Origin: a virus
Taxonomy: Duplodnaviria > Heunggongvirae > Uroviricota > Caudoviricetes
Virus record (IMG/VR): IMGVR_UViG_3300048599_000194
Coordinates: 175,177-239,176 of that record
Direction: 5' to 3' (one strand)
Length of the DNA: 64,000 nt
A program made the position numbers and the translations under genes. The notes below the pieces were generated by a model. That model did no database searches and was not told where the DNA came from. It saw only the letters and a program-made list of their open reading frames with translations. How positions within the stretch are numbered: the first letter of the stretch is position 1; each line of letters starts with the position of its first letter. Shown piece after piece: positions 52,542 through 62,072 of this stretch.

Positions 52542-53750
52542 TTACTCCCAGGGAGCCTTTCGGTTCCGATTTCGAACGATTCGATGAGCCGGATTCAACC
52601 GATCAAAGAACAATCCAGTTTCTGTTCCTTCTGCATCCATCTCAACTTTCTTAAAGATTACCCATCCAATTGAAAGAAGGATTACGATGATGTATGCAAT
52701 TGCGATTGCGGTGTTAGATGGTTGAATACTAATGTATGCAAATTCCTTGAATTCACGACGCTTGAATTTCTTCACGCCTTCCTGTCCAATGAGTTCAACC
52801 ACCTTGTACGCATCGAAGGTCTTCATTCGCATGAGTGAATCTCGAATCACGATATTCGGCATCTTCTCCTTGGACCACGAAAAAACATAAGCCCACTGAA
52901 TAGTACCAGAATTATCAATTCCTACCGTGGTGACAAGCTCATTTTTCCCACCACCCTTCCAATATGCCTCCTGAGAGCGTCCAGCCTCAGGGCCTCGATT
53001 CTTGAACACCACAAGATATGCATGGCATTGCTTATTCGCTCCATACCTTCCGTTATAGTAGTTCAAAAGATCATTACCCTTGCTCTGATTCACCAAATTA
53101 GCTTCAGTTAGAATCGAAGTATTATCCAATCCATCGGCCTTCGGATATTCAAATACCTTAGTCTTTACTGGATCAACAGTCTCGAAACTGAACAGGGTAG
53201 GAACCGCTTGAACTCGATTTTCATATCCGTGCTTTTTGAAGAATGGAATCATCTTTGCAGAATCTCCATTCCAAGTGGCAACCCACTTATTTCCGTTCTT
53301 AGGCCAACTACACTCGCTATGCCGATTAAGATCAACGAACTGCTTTCCGAAAACAACCGATGCATTGTTCCATACTTCTTCACTATTGAAGAAACCGCTT
53401 CCAACCGTCGTCTCGTAGTCATAACTATCACTATGCTCACTACAATATGAACAATCGTAGCTTTCTTCTTCAACACAACGGCCCGCAGTATCGGTCCTTA
53501 CACATCGAGTGCAAGTCTTTTCAACCCACTCATTCCAAGGCTCAACATGCTCTGCAGATGTGACCCATCCTCCAAGAAATTCAGTTGCACGAGTCTGACT
53601 GTTTTCAGACGTGACGGCACAAATTCCACTGACCGCAAAGCTAATTGCGCCAAGGAGCAGAGGCTCCCACCACTTAATTCGCCTCCCAAAGAAAATCAGT
53701 GCGGCGATCAGCGTGAATACCGGAATCAGAAAAGCAAGCCAAATTCCCAT
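52542..53750 (-). CDS. Membrane protein with large extracytoplasmic region, C-terminal TPM-like segment and TM
   Basis: Two N-terminal TMs, Cys-rich hairpin, EAYWKGGGKNELVTTVGID, C-terminal TM. Confidence 0.75.
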   Translation of the reverse strand: MGIWLAFLIPVFTLIAALIFFGRRIKWWEPLLLGAISFAVSGICAVTSENSQTRATEFLGGWVTSAEHVEPWNEWVEKTCTRCVRTDTAGRCVEEESYDCSYCSEHSDSYDYETTVGSGFFNSEEVWNNASVVFGKQFVDLNRHSECSWPKNGNKWVATWNGDSAKMIPFFKKHGYENRVQAVPTLFSFETVDPVKTKVFEYPKADGLDNTSILTEANLVNQSKGNDLLNYYNGRYGANKQCHAYLVVFKNRGPEAGRSQEAYWKGGGKNELVTTVGIDNSGTIQWAYVFSWSKEKMPNIVIRDSLMRMKTFDAYKVVELIGQEGVKKFKRREFKEFAYISIQPSNTAIAIAYIIVILLSIGWVIFKKVEMDAEGTETGLFFDRLNPAHRIVRNRNRKAPWE

Positions 53751-53779
53751 GATGTCCTCCCTTGGTTGATGACGTAATT

Positions 53780-53809
53780 AAGATACTATTGAACGGTAAA
53801 TTTGTCAAC
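53780..53809 (-). promoter_or_regulatory. sigma70-type early promoter
   Basis: GTTGAC-N17-GTATCTT. Confidence 0.85.
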
Positions 53810-53810
53810 T

Positions 53811-53843
53811 ACACAAAAAAACGCCAGACCAATGGTCTGGCGT
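53811..53843 (-). terminator. Intrinsic terminator
   Basis: ACGCCAGACC-ATT-GGTCTGGCGT followed by T-tract. Confidence 0.85.
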
Positions 53844-53861
53844 CTGTCACTAGATGAAGTA

Positions 53862-54422
53862 TCAGTGACTATTCATCTGAAACGTCTCATCGTCCTTTCC
53901 GGACTCAAAAGCCTTTTCAGTTCGAGTCGAAGTCACAATCTGGACCTTAAACCTCGGAGCACCCGAAAGGAACAAAGTTCCAGGGAAGGTAGTAATGAGG
54001 TCATTATGTTCGCGATCAATATCAAGGAGTTCCTTCTGAACACCATTGAACTTGAGTCGTTTCTCCTCAATCACATTAGCCAACTTCTCATAAAGTCGGG
54101 TGTCAAAAGTAGGATTAGCCTCGGTAATGAACTTCATCAGAGATCCATCGCCCTTGGAATACCTTGCATCCATGATGTGGGAATAGATGCTGTCGAACTT
54201 CGAGGCATAAGCATCGGTAACTCCGCCGATTTCCTTGACTGTCTGCCACATCTCGGAATGAATCGTCTTGGACTCAACCTGCTTGGCCTCGAAGAGGTTG
54301 GTCAGGCGAGCGTTCTGATTACCCATCGAGATGTACTTTGCCACTCCAATTCCGCCAACCCCGAGAATAACGAAACAGAGGGCGACTGCTAGGACGATGA
54401 CGATCTTAGTCGCATTGGACAT
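53862..54422 (-). CDS. LemA-like membrane protein
   Basis: N-terminal TM, helical body, HNDLITTFPGTLF resembles the LemA YN...FP motif. Confidence 0.65.
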   Translation of the reverse strand: MSNATKIVIVLAVALCFVILGVGGIGVAKYISMGNQNARLTNLFEAKQVESKTIHSEMWQTVKEIGGVTDAYASKFDSIYSHIMDARYSKGDGSLMKFITEANPTFDTRLYEKLANVIEEKRLKFNGVQKELLDIDREHNDLITTFPGTLFLSGAPRFKVQIVTSTRTEKAFESGKDDETFQMNSH

Positions 54423-54467
54423 TGATTTCTCCTTGTTAATGTGAAGACTCCTATTGGAGGTATTGTG

Positions 54468-54497
54468 AAGATACGTTGAACCTGTTCAATCGTCAAC
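54468..54497 (-). promoter_or_regulatory. sigma70-type early promoter
   Basis: GTTGAC-N17-GTATCTT. Confidence 0.85.
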
Positions 54498-54773
54498 CGG
54501 ATTTAGAAAATACTCTTCTTGCATTTCGATCAGAATATCTTCACTGAGTTCACAATCTGAATCAAAAATCACTGCATCGATATTACAATATGGACATTGT
54601 GCCGTTTTACTATCATCATGTTCACTAATGTATTCTTTTACTTCATTTGCAGGATAAATTCTCCCGCAAAAGAAACATCCAGCCTTTTCACTAACTTGTT
54701 TCTTTTCCCAATTACTCATCGACTTTTGATGAAGCGACTCTATTTTCATCGAATTCTTTCCATCGTTCAACAT
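54486..54773 (-). CDS. Small Zn-binding protein (GCFFC...CPYCNIDAVI family)
   Basis: Two CxxC pairs. Confidence 0.7.
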   Translation of the reverse strand: MLNDGKNSMKIESLHQKSMSNWEKKQVSEKAGCFFCGRIYPANEVKEYISEHDDSKTAQCPYCNIDAVIFDSDCELSEDILIEMQEEYFLNPVDD

Positions 54774-55068
54774 GAATTTCCTTTGTTCGTTGTAGTTTCA
54801 TTTTTGCGACTTTTAGTTTCTCAATCGCTTCAGGGGTCATTGCATCATTGAAATTTTCAAGATATTTCATCAATGCCAACTGTCCATCTATTGATTCCAG
54901 TAGCATCATATCTAGTCGAAGAATGCTTTCATCACGACCCTTCAATTGAATCAGCATCTTATTATACTTAATTCTCCAAGTATCAATTTGATTGGATAAT
55001 TCAACTACAACCCAACCAAAAAAAGTAACTAATAAAATAATGCAAGCTGAAATTAGAATGTCAGTCAA
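54712..55068 (-). CDS. N-terminal TM plus coiled-coil protein
   Basis: 118 aa. Confidence 0.7.
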   Translation of the reverse strand: MTDILISACIILLVTFFGWVVVELSNQIDTWRIKYNKMLIQLKGRDESILRLDMMLLESIDGQLALMKYLENFNDAMTPEAIEKLKVAKMKLQRTKEIHVERWKEFDENRVASSKVDE

Positions 55069-55246
55069 GGGGCTTTACCTTCGCTAGGATAAAACACAAT
55101 ATAGCAGTTAGCAATGCTATTCCAGCAAGAACTAATTGAAACAAATGATCTGTGCTAAAATATGCTCTTATCAAACATAGTATAAACACCACACCATTGG
55201 TAAAAACTCCAAGAATCCATTTAGATGTCCACATACACTCCTCCAT
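55061..55246 (-). CDS. Small two-TM protein
   Basis: Hydrophobic; promoter 55259. Confidence 0.65.
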   Translation of the reverse strand: MEECMWTSKWILGVFTNGVVFILCLIRAYFSTDHLFQLVLAGIALLTAILCFILAKVKPLD

Positions 55247-55258
55247 TCATGATTATTG

Positions 55259-55288
55259 AAGATACTACATATCTTAAAATCTGTCTAC
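55259..55288 (-). promoter_or_regulatory. sigma70-type early promoter
   Basis: GTAGAC-N17-GTATCTT. Confidence 0.85.
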
Positions 55289-55304
55289 CTCTTTAATAAC
55301 CCAA

Positions 55305-56135
55305 TTACATTATTTTGAATTGAGCTTTGATTTCTCTCATTAGAGATACAAATCTAGGAATTGAATGAATGTCCTTATGCCATGCCAAGTCTTCTTCAAT
55401 CAAATCGTAGATATTCTTAATATATGCACCTGGTATAATCTTGCCATTCTCATCTCGATCACGACCCATCATCCAAAGTGTGTCTGAAATTGCGGCAGTT
55501 GAATTTACGTCATGTGATACTATGATGATGGTATTTCGCTCATCAATGTTTGAAATTTTAACCAGCATCTCACAGACCTTCTCGATCATGTTCACATCAA
55601 GGCCGCTGAAAGGCTCGTCAAGGAGCAAGAACCTCTCGGAGCATACCAACTGCTGGGCGATGGCGATGCGCTGTCTCTGCCCCCCTGAAAGCTGTGCTGG
55701 GTAGTAGTCCATGTGCTTAGTCAGGTCAAACATATCAAGAATCTCAAGACACTTATGCTTAACATCGTTTTTAGTAAGATGCTCATTTTGTTTGGCTGCA
55801 ATTTCAAGATTCTTATATACTGTGCGATGATTAAACAATGGATAATTTTGCTGAACTACACCAATTCTCCCAACCTTAACCTTTTCGGGCGGATTATTAA
55901 TCCAAACTTCGCCTGAGGTTGGCTGGATAATACCAGCAAGGATCTCAAATAGTTTTGTCTTACCTACCCCAGAAGGCCCAAGAAATCCGACAATCTGGCC
56001 CTGAATAGTATCAGGACGTACAATATCCTTAATTTCCGCATTTACATTCTTAAGAATCTGGAACCCGCCTAAATTCAATGATACATTATCGATTTTAAGA
56101 AGAGTTTCATTTTTCTGATATTTGAATTCGGACAT
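55305..56135 (-). CDS. ABC transporter ATP-binding protein (NitT/TauT-type)
   Basis: GPSGVGKT, VVQQ, LSGGQRQR, LLLDEPF, VSHD. Confidence 0.95.
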   Translation of the reverse strand: MSEFKYQKNETLLKIDNVSLNLGGFQILKNVNAEIKDIVRPDTIQGQIVGFLGPSGVGKTKLFEILAGIIQPTSGEVWINNPPEKVKVGRIGVVQQNYPLFNHRTVYKNLEIAAKQNEHLTKNDVKHKCLEILDMFDLTKHMDYYPAQLSGGQRQRIAIAQQLVCSERFLLLDEPFSGLDVNMIEKVCEMLVKISNIDERNTIIIVSHDVNSTAAISDTLWMMGRDRDENGKIIPGAYIKNIYDLIEEDLAWHKDIHSIPRFVSLMREIKAQFKIM

Positions 56136-56920
56136 TAGTTCTTCTCCTTGGTCATGGTTGCATAAGGAAACAATACATTTCTTAGATAACCAAATAGAAA
56201 ATCAAAGAATACACCGACGAGCAGAATTGTAATTTGTATCGCAAATATAGAATCGATTTTCATATATTTACTTTCATTGAGTAGTAGTGTTCCAACACCA
56301 CCTTCGGACCTACAAATACCCTCAACCATAGTAAGCATCATCCAAGCAATTGCAAAATTCTGTCTAATTACTTCAAATACCTGATCCATTTTTCCTCGAA
56401 TGATCACCTCCCACACCACCTGCCATTCAGACATTCTAAGTGTTCTGGCATGAATGAATTCGTTCTTATTAATCGATGCAATTACATCACAAAGAGAAGT
56501 AACAAAGAATACCGACATTCCAAATACAAGGATGCTAATCTTCAATTGAGATCCACTATGGGTCATCATGGTGAAAATAAAAGATAATCCGACGAGACTC
56601 AAAAATCTCATCTTTGAAACAATATACGCCAACGGGCGAAAGAATGGAATGACAGTCAAGTAGGCGATTCCCATCGAAATTACAGTGGTTATTACAACCG
56701 CCTTCAACGCCAGGAATGTACTTTCAAAAAGTTCACTCCACAGGTTGAACTTATTAGTCATATCACCAAAGGCTCTGAAAATTTCCATCGGAGATGGAAT
56801 GAAGGTGGAATGCCCTAAGGTCCAATATCCAAATACAACCACCAACTGAATAATACACATTATGATGAAATTGTGCTTGCTGATTTTTGCATTAGGTTTG
56901 AAAATATTCAAGATTTCCAT
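56135..56920 (-). CDS. ABC transporter permease (NitT/TauT-type)
   Basis: FIPSPMEI, six TMs, EAA-like HARTLRMS loop, GGVGTLL. Confidence 0.9.
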   Translation of the reverse strand: MEILNIFKPNAKISKHNFIIMCIIQLVVVFGYWTLGHSTFIPSPMEIFRAFGDMTNKFNLWSELFESTFLALKAVVITTVISMGIAYLTVIPFFRPLAYIVSKMRFLSLVGLSFIFTMMTHSGSQLKISILVFGMSVFFVTSLCDVIASINKNEFIHARTLRMSEWQVVWEVIIRGKMDQVFEVIRQNFAIAWMMLTMVEGICRSEGGVGTLLLNESKYMKIDSIFAIQITILLVGVFFDFLFGYLRNVLFPYATMTKEKN

Positions 56921-56940
56921 TTTTGTCTCCTTTATTGCTT

Positions 56941-56970
56941 ACAAAAAGGGGGAAGTTTTACCTTCCCCCA
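56941..56970 (-). terminator. Intra-operon terminator-like hairpin
   Basis: GGGGGAAG-GTAAAA-CTTCCCCC followed by TTTTTGT. Confidence 0.75.
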
Positions 56971-56995
56971 TGACTCGAAATTCTGACTAAATTTA

Positions 56996-58786
56996 TTACT
57001 TACCCATCAGAACAACAACTCGACGGTTCTTGGCGCGTCCCGCATAAGTCGAGTTATCGGCCACCGGAGACTTGTCGCCCATTCCACGAACCTCAACTCG
57101 GCTGTCAGGGAAAGAGGATCCATTGTTCTGCTGGAGCCAATTCTTCACAGCCATTGCACGTTGCTCAGAAAGAGTCTGATTCGCCTCGGGATCTCCAAGA
57201 TTATCAGTATGACCCGTAAGACGAATGCTCAATCCCGAAGAGATGATTGCCGAACTTGCAATGGAATCCAGTGTGCGTTGTGCCTTTCCAGTAAGAGTTG
57301 CCTTGCCACTCTCAAATTCAATTGCCCAGCCCTTCTCAGAGACAGTCTGAGTAATTGCCTTACTATCGTATCGCTGAACATCTGCATCAGCCAACTTAGA
57401 TGCAGGGGCCGAATTGACAACTGCCTCAAGGAAGGAAGTGACAATCACACTATCAGCCGAAGGGAAGGTAGGCATGAGAGACGGATAGAGCTTCACGTCA
57501 ATATTTCCGAAGGTGTTATACACAGTCTTCATGATATTGGTAGCACCCTTAAGTCCAAAGAGTGCGATATTATCCGAAAGGTTATTCACCTTAGATCCGC
57601 CGAGTTCGACGTTCAAGCCCTGCTTATCAGACTTGGTTTCTCCACGGTAATACTTCACCCAATATGCGCCATCCTTATCCTTGTAAACCCTGGACGATGC
57701 GGCTCCTGCAAATTCCAGCGCAGTAGAATAGCACTTGACCTGATCGGAACCCTCGGTGGTTGCGCGAATAAAGTTCTCGACCGTGGTCTTATTGTCATCG
57801 GCCCACTTCTTGATCAAAATGACCACAGAAGGCATCTGTGCAGAGTATTCCTTGGTGGAGGCAATCTTAACCAATCCACCACGGCCCTCCGCCACAATGA
57901 CATCGCCAGGGGTCCAAGTAGCCACGCCATTCACGCAAACGTGCTTAGTGGTTCCAAGGGCAACACCATTCTTCACGACCTTACGATCCTCACAGTAATT
58001 GGCGTTGTACTTATTTGCGGCGTCGATATAGTCAGACGGGTTCACGAAATTAATCGCATCCTCATCGTATGTCTTCTCATCCGGATTAACTGCGATGCCA
58101 TTATCTCCGGCCCACTTGACTGCGATATTCCAGTCACCATCACGAATGTAAGCGGCAACGAGAGAACCCTTAGCCTTCTGAGGATTAGCCCTCCACTCAG
58201 GCAGACCCATAAAGGCATCTTCGCCATAGGAATAACCAACCGAAGACACGATCACCGCTCGATACTCAGGCCCCAGCTTCGCCAACTGAGGATTGAGTCC
58301 CGCCAAGAATGCAGGAGCGCCATCTCCCATGACAATCACGCCTTGCACTCCTTCAGTGGTATTTGGATTCTTGGAATACTCGGTGGCGAACTTCAGCATG
58401 TTGTTCTGCATCTGATCGACCATGTCCTGACGATGCAGTTCCAGATTCACCTTGTACTTCTCCATGAGAGATCCCTTGGTAGGGACCGTGTCTCCGGTTG
58501 CGTACATCAGGCCCATCTGAGCATTCCATTCCCAGACATTCAGGCGCATCTTAGGGCCTGCAATGTCAGCCGCCTTGGTCGAGGGAATTGCAAGCTCAGG
58601 AACCGTTTCCTTGGCATTCGCAGGGGCAGTGGGGAGGTCGATATTCCCGACGATCTGTGTCTTTCCAACCGAGGGCTTGAACGGGCCAATGCCCTTCTCC
58701 TTCATGTAATACAGACCGGAAATTGCCGCCAGTCCGACCAGACCGAGAAACACGTACTGCGGTCCCTTCTTCATGTGAGTAGCCAT
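56996..58786 (-). CDS. Membrane-anchored substrate-binding protein fused to C-terminal OmpA-like peptidoglycan-binding domain
   Basis: N-terminal TM, SsuA/NMT1-like PBP2 body, IEFESG...GHTDNLG...LSEQRA...NRRV. Confidence 0.85.
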   Translation of the reverse strand: MATHMKKGPQYVFLGLVGLAAISGLYYMKEKGIGPFKPSVGKTQIVGNIDLPTAPANAKETVPELAIPSTKAADIAGPKMRLNVWEWNAQMGLMYATGDTVPTKGSLMEKYKVNLELHRQDMVDQMQNNMLKFATEYSKNPNTTEGVQGVIVMGDGAPAFLAGLNPQLAKLGPEYRAVIVSSVGYSYGEDAFMGLPEWRANPQKAKGSLVAAYIRDGDWNIAVKWAGDNGIAVNPDEKTYDEDAINFVNPSDYIDAANKYNANYCEDRKVVKNGVALGTTKHVCVNGVATWTPGDVIVAEGRGGLVKIASTKEYSAQMPSVVILIKKWADDNKTTVENFIRATTEGSDQVKCYSTALEFAGAASSRVYKDKDGAYWVKYYRGETKSDKQGLNVELGGSKVNNLSDNIALFGLKGATNIMKTVYNTFGNIDVKLYPSLMPTFPSADSVIVTSFLEAVVNSAPASKLADADVQRYDSKAITQTVSEKGWAIEFESGKATLTGKAQRTLDSIASSAIISSGLSIRLTGHTDNLGDPEANQTLSEQRAMAVKNWLQQNNGSSFPDSRVEVRGMGDKSPVADNSTYAGRAKNRRVVVLMGK

Positions 58787-58804
58787 GATATGTAACTCCT
58801 TTTG

Positions 58805-59791
58805 TTAGATCTTAAAACGAGATGTGGTTAGGGTTGCAATCGAGGCATCTGCTTGAGACATTCCCTTAGCGAGATTGCTCTTGCGTTCAGCTTCAATGTT
58901 CTCTGAAGTGAGAATTGTGTATTTGGACGGGTCAAATGTGTCCATGAGCTTTGCTCCAGTTTCCAGCTTAACACCATTCTTGATGTCAGCCGAAGTCAGG
59001 AATTCAGAGGAGGCATTAATAGCCATCTTGATTTCACCCATCTTAGCGTTCACATCTGAAGACATGTATTCCATCGCCATGTTGAACTGCATGTAGCTGT
59101 CACCATCCTTCTGAATGATTCTCATTGCAGATCGAATTGCGCCAGTTGCCTTATTGGTGATATTGAACTTCTTAATCGCAATATCAACCTGTTCACGCTG
59201 AGCGCGAAGATACGAAGAGGTAGCTTTCGAAACTCGCATCAAATGGGTCTTAATTGCAACAGTCTGCTGTTGAAAGGCTCGATATTCCTGATTGGCTTCG
59301 TCAAGTCCTGCAATGCGAACCAGAAGATATTGGAGATCCTGTTCGTCAACGCCAGCCTTTTGACCAGATCGATATTCCTTCTGAGCGTCAGACATTTGTC
59401 GAGTATTGCTTTCAATTTCAGCAATAATCTCTTCCTCGGCAGATGCGAGCTTGGTGATTTCGGAATCCATTTTTCGCTGTTCAGTTTCCATGTTAGCCAT
59501 GTCAATCTGAACATTCTTCACTGGATCCAGTTCAACAATCTTACAAATCAGCAAGCGACAAAAGACTTGGAAAATCCTCATTCCAATCATTGGATTGAGA
59601 ATCAAATATAGAAGTGCAACTAGAGCCACACCACTTAGTACTATTCCCGTTAGCGTATGAATGGAAGCCAGTATAAATGGCCCAATAGTGCCACCGAACC
59701 AAATCACAGCCGCAATTGTTGCGATGATGACTACAATTCCGGTTTTTCCTTCGGGTTTCTTCCAGAAGGAGATGGGAGTGCGATTTTCCAT
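58805..59791 (-). CDS. Two-TM protein with PspA/IM30-like long helical region
   Basis: TM pair, ELDP motif, then extended amphipathic coiled coils. Confidence 0.6.
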   Translation of the reverse strand: MENRTPISFWKKPEGKTGIVVIIATIAAVIWFGGTIGPFILASIHTLTGIVLSGVALVALLYLILNPMIGMRIFQVFCRLLICKIVELDPVKNVQIDMANMETEQRKMDSEITKLASAEEEIIAEIESNTRQMSDAQKEYRSGQKAGVDEQDLQYLLVRIAGLDEANQEYRAFQQQTVAIKTHLMRVSKATSSYLRAQREQVDIAIKKFNITNKATGAIRSAMRIIQKDGDSYMQFNMAMEYMSSDVNAKMGEIKMAINASSEFLTSADIKNGVKLETGAKLMDTFDPSKYTILTSENIEAERKSNLAKGMSQADASIATLTTSRFKI

Positions 59792-59794
59792 GTA

Positions 59795-60496
59795 TTATAC
59801 CTTACCCAAAAGGAACTTTTCAATGTTGGACTTATGAGCCGCCAACTTAGCTGTTTCTCTATAGAGAGCGGATTCGAAATTCTGTGAAGAGGTTTCAATT
59901 CGCTCCTGAATGACATTGGCATCATTCAGTTTAGAGATTCTCTGGGTCACCAGTTCATTCTGCTTCTCAGTCAGAGATGCAATCTGAGCGGCAATCGAAT
60001 CAATTTCGGTCTTAATCGATTCGGCTTCGGCTGAAGTCTTTTCCTTTTCGCCATTCAGAGAACCAAGATAGTTCTTGGTGAAATCGTCCTTCACATCTGC
60101 AATCACAGCATCAAACTTAGATGCAGATGCAAGAATCTGTTCAGCCGTAATCCCCGCAGTTGCCGCTGAAGTTGCAAACGCAGTTGCATATCGAGAAGCC
60201 TCATCGGGGACGAACTTAGACAGTGCATCGACGGCCAACTTGAACTTGAAAAAGTCAATTACGTCAGTGGATGCCGTCTTGAGTGCATCTTGAATAATTG
60301 CGCCATACTCCGAATCATTCGTGGTTAGAACAATTGGAGTTGTTGGCGTTACAGGACTCGTTTGGGTTGGCGACGGCATAACGGCCTTTTGAATTTCAGC
60401 CTTCTTAGCAGGCGCACCTGGAACTGCCGCATCAGGAACATCCTCAAGAATACCTGCTTTCATGCCAAGATCCTTGAGATTATCTAGTAGACTCAT
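59795..60496 (-). CDS. Hypothetical protein, Pro/Thr linker plus coiled coil; first gene of the ABC/OmpA operon
   Basis: 233 aa; GAGGAG RBS; promoter 60522. Confidence 0.8.
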   Translation of the reverse strand: MSLLDNLKDLGMKAGILEDVPDAAVPGAPAKKAEIQKAVMPSPTQTSPVTPTTPIVLTTNDSEYGAIIQDALKTASTDVIDFFKFKLAVDALSKFVPDEASRYATAFATSAATAGITAEQILASASKFDAVIADVKDDFTKNYLGSLNGEKEKTSAEAESIKTEIDSIAAQIASLTEKQNELVTQRISKLNDANVIQERIETSSQNFESALYRETAKLAAHKSNIEKFLLGKV

Positions 60497-60521
60497 TTGA
60501 ACTCCTCATTGATGTAGTGTT

Positions 60522-60551
60522 AAGATACTAAGCGGAAAGCCATCAGTCAAC
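60522..60551 (-). promoter_or_regulatory. sigma70-type early promoter
   Basis: GTTGAC-N17-GTATCTT. Confidence 0.85.
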
Positions 60552-60573
60552 TAAAACCGTAAACTTTACACAC

Positions 60574-60819
60574 TCATGCCCACAAGTTCAATTCCTTCTG
60601 CGCCTGTAGGTAAGCTAAATTGAAAAATCGATTAGATTCTTCCAGCAAATTAGCAGTTTCAATTAATCCATGTTTTCTAAATTCGGCAGGCGTGATTTTA
60701 TCTCTACGCTTTACTGCAGATGCAAATTCTCTCATTGCGATGCATTTTGGATCAAGTGATTCAAATAATGCAGAAAGAACATCTTTCATATCAGACGATT
60801 TAGGCTTAACTCGTCTCAT
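60574..60819 (-). CDS. Hypothetical protein
   Basis: ORF in packed operon. Confidence 0.7.
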   Translation of the reverse strand: MRRVKPKSSDMKDVLSALFESLDPKCIAMREFASAVKRRDKITPAEFRKHGLIETANLLEESNRFFNLAYLQAQKELNLWA

Positions 60820-61094
60820 ATGAATCTTTCATAATTTGCAACAGTTTTCCTGAGTTCAATAACTTCAGCAATTAATCGATCCCGATTCCAGTCTTTGAAT
60901 TCAAATGCCATTTTTTCAGAAAATGACTTAATTCCGTAATTTTCAGGAACATATCCCTGTAGTGTCAATTGCTGATATAAGGATTCTGGATGATCTGGAG
61001 ACAAATATTCTCTATTAACGAGCATGCTTCCATTTTTCCACCACACCGAATACTTAATGGATCCATCATCTAGCTTTTCTATATCCATTGGCAT
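60816..61094 (-). CDS. Hypothetical protein
   Basis: ORF in packed operon. Confidence 0.7.
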   Translation of the reverse strand: MPMDIEKLDDGSIKYSVWWKNGSMLVNREYLSPDHPESLYQQLTLQGYVPENYGIKSFSEKMAFEFKDWNRDRLIAEVIELRKTVANYERFI

Positions 61095-61103
61095 GTTAAA
61101 TCC

Positions 61104-61346
61104 TTACGAAAAGGTAATTCCTCTAGCAACATTCCACATGCCACAATGAGGACAGCACATCGCCAATCCGCGATCTCCGTGGTATCGGTGATAATCTCTC
61201 GATGAAAATGGACGATAGCATTTTCCGCAAATCATTTTCATCTTAGGATTCCCAAACAATGAAAATGTCCAAGTTTCCCAATCACTAGCTTCACATATGC
61301 GATCTGCGGGTATTTTAATGCTCATATTAATCCCACCACCTTTCAA
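61104..61346 (-). CDS. Zn-ribbon-like small protein
   Basis: ICGKC...CPHCG. Confidence 0.7.
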   Translation of the reverse strand: MKGGGINMSIKIPADRICEASDWETWTFSLFGNPKMKMICGKCYRPFSSRDYHRYHGDRGLAMCCPHCGMWNVARGITFS

Positions 61347-61806
61347 TCCGTTTCTCTAGAACTAGAAAGAACAATCTTCGGGTCTTAGCTTTTCTACGAG
61401 CTTCATTAGTCCATATATCTCTTAATACTTCAATAGGGGGGGAATTTATCGTTCGCATTTCTATCAACTCTGGATTATCTTCACATGGAATCCATTCATG
61501 CTTAATACTTGATAGTATGGCATTTTCTTCTTCCGTATTAAAGTCATCCTTTATTAATCGATCCAATAAAATGCGAGCAATTCGAACATACTTAACAATG
61601 TTCAATCTAGATTCATCTATTTGATATACTTTAGTGCGGTCAGAAAAAGTTTCATCTATGCATTTTAGCTTAAACTGCATGAGATAGTAAAAATACAATC
61701 CATCGAAATCCCTATCACTCCAGATAATAGGGAACCACTTAATTAGATTTAGTATTCCGCGAGTAAGTCTAATCCAAATGCTTCGGATTTTATTCAGAAA
61801 CCCCAT
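61327..61806 (-). CDS. Conserved phage hypothetical protein
   Basis: NLIKWFPIIWSDRDFD...ERWWD. Confidence 0.8.
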   Translation of the reverse strand: MGFLNKIRSIWIRLTRGILNLIKWFPIIWSDRDFDGLYFYYLMQFKLKCIDETFSDRTKVYQIDESRLNIVKYVRIARILLDRLIKDDFNTEEENAILSSIKHEWIPCEDNPELIEMRTINSPPIEVLRDIWTNEARRKAKTRRLFFLVLEKRIERWWD

Positions 61807-62072
61807 TAAAACTCCACATCCATTAGCATTGATTTCAATTGGCGAGTAAATCGTTCATGATTATCTGCATTCTCGCCTAGAAGTTGCATTAGCCGATTAT
61901 GCAAATCAACTCCACTCAAATGATCAAATCGACTACACTTTTCTTCAATTACTTCATCATCCGAATCACAAATGTCGTAAAAATATCCAAGCGCATGATC
62001 CCACCCAAAGGAAACAGTTTGAGTTAAATCGGCAGGATTAGAAAAGCAATATCGACTCATTTCCGACTCCAA
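61806..62072 (-). CDS. Hypothetical protein
   Basis: GWDHALGYFY motif. Confidence 0.7.
   Translation of the reverse strand: MESEMSRYCFSNPADLTQTVSFGWDHALGYFYDICDSDDEVIEEKCSRFDHLSGVDLHNRLMQLLGENADNHERFTRQLKSMLMDVEF

Noticed and set aside
57161-58795. 544-aa plus-strand ORF
   Set aside because: Antisense shadow of the GC-rich SBP-OmpA gene; no motifs, RBS or promoter.
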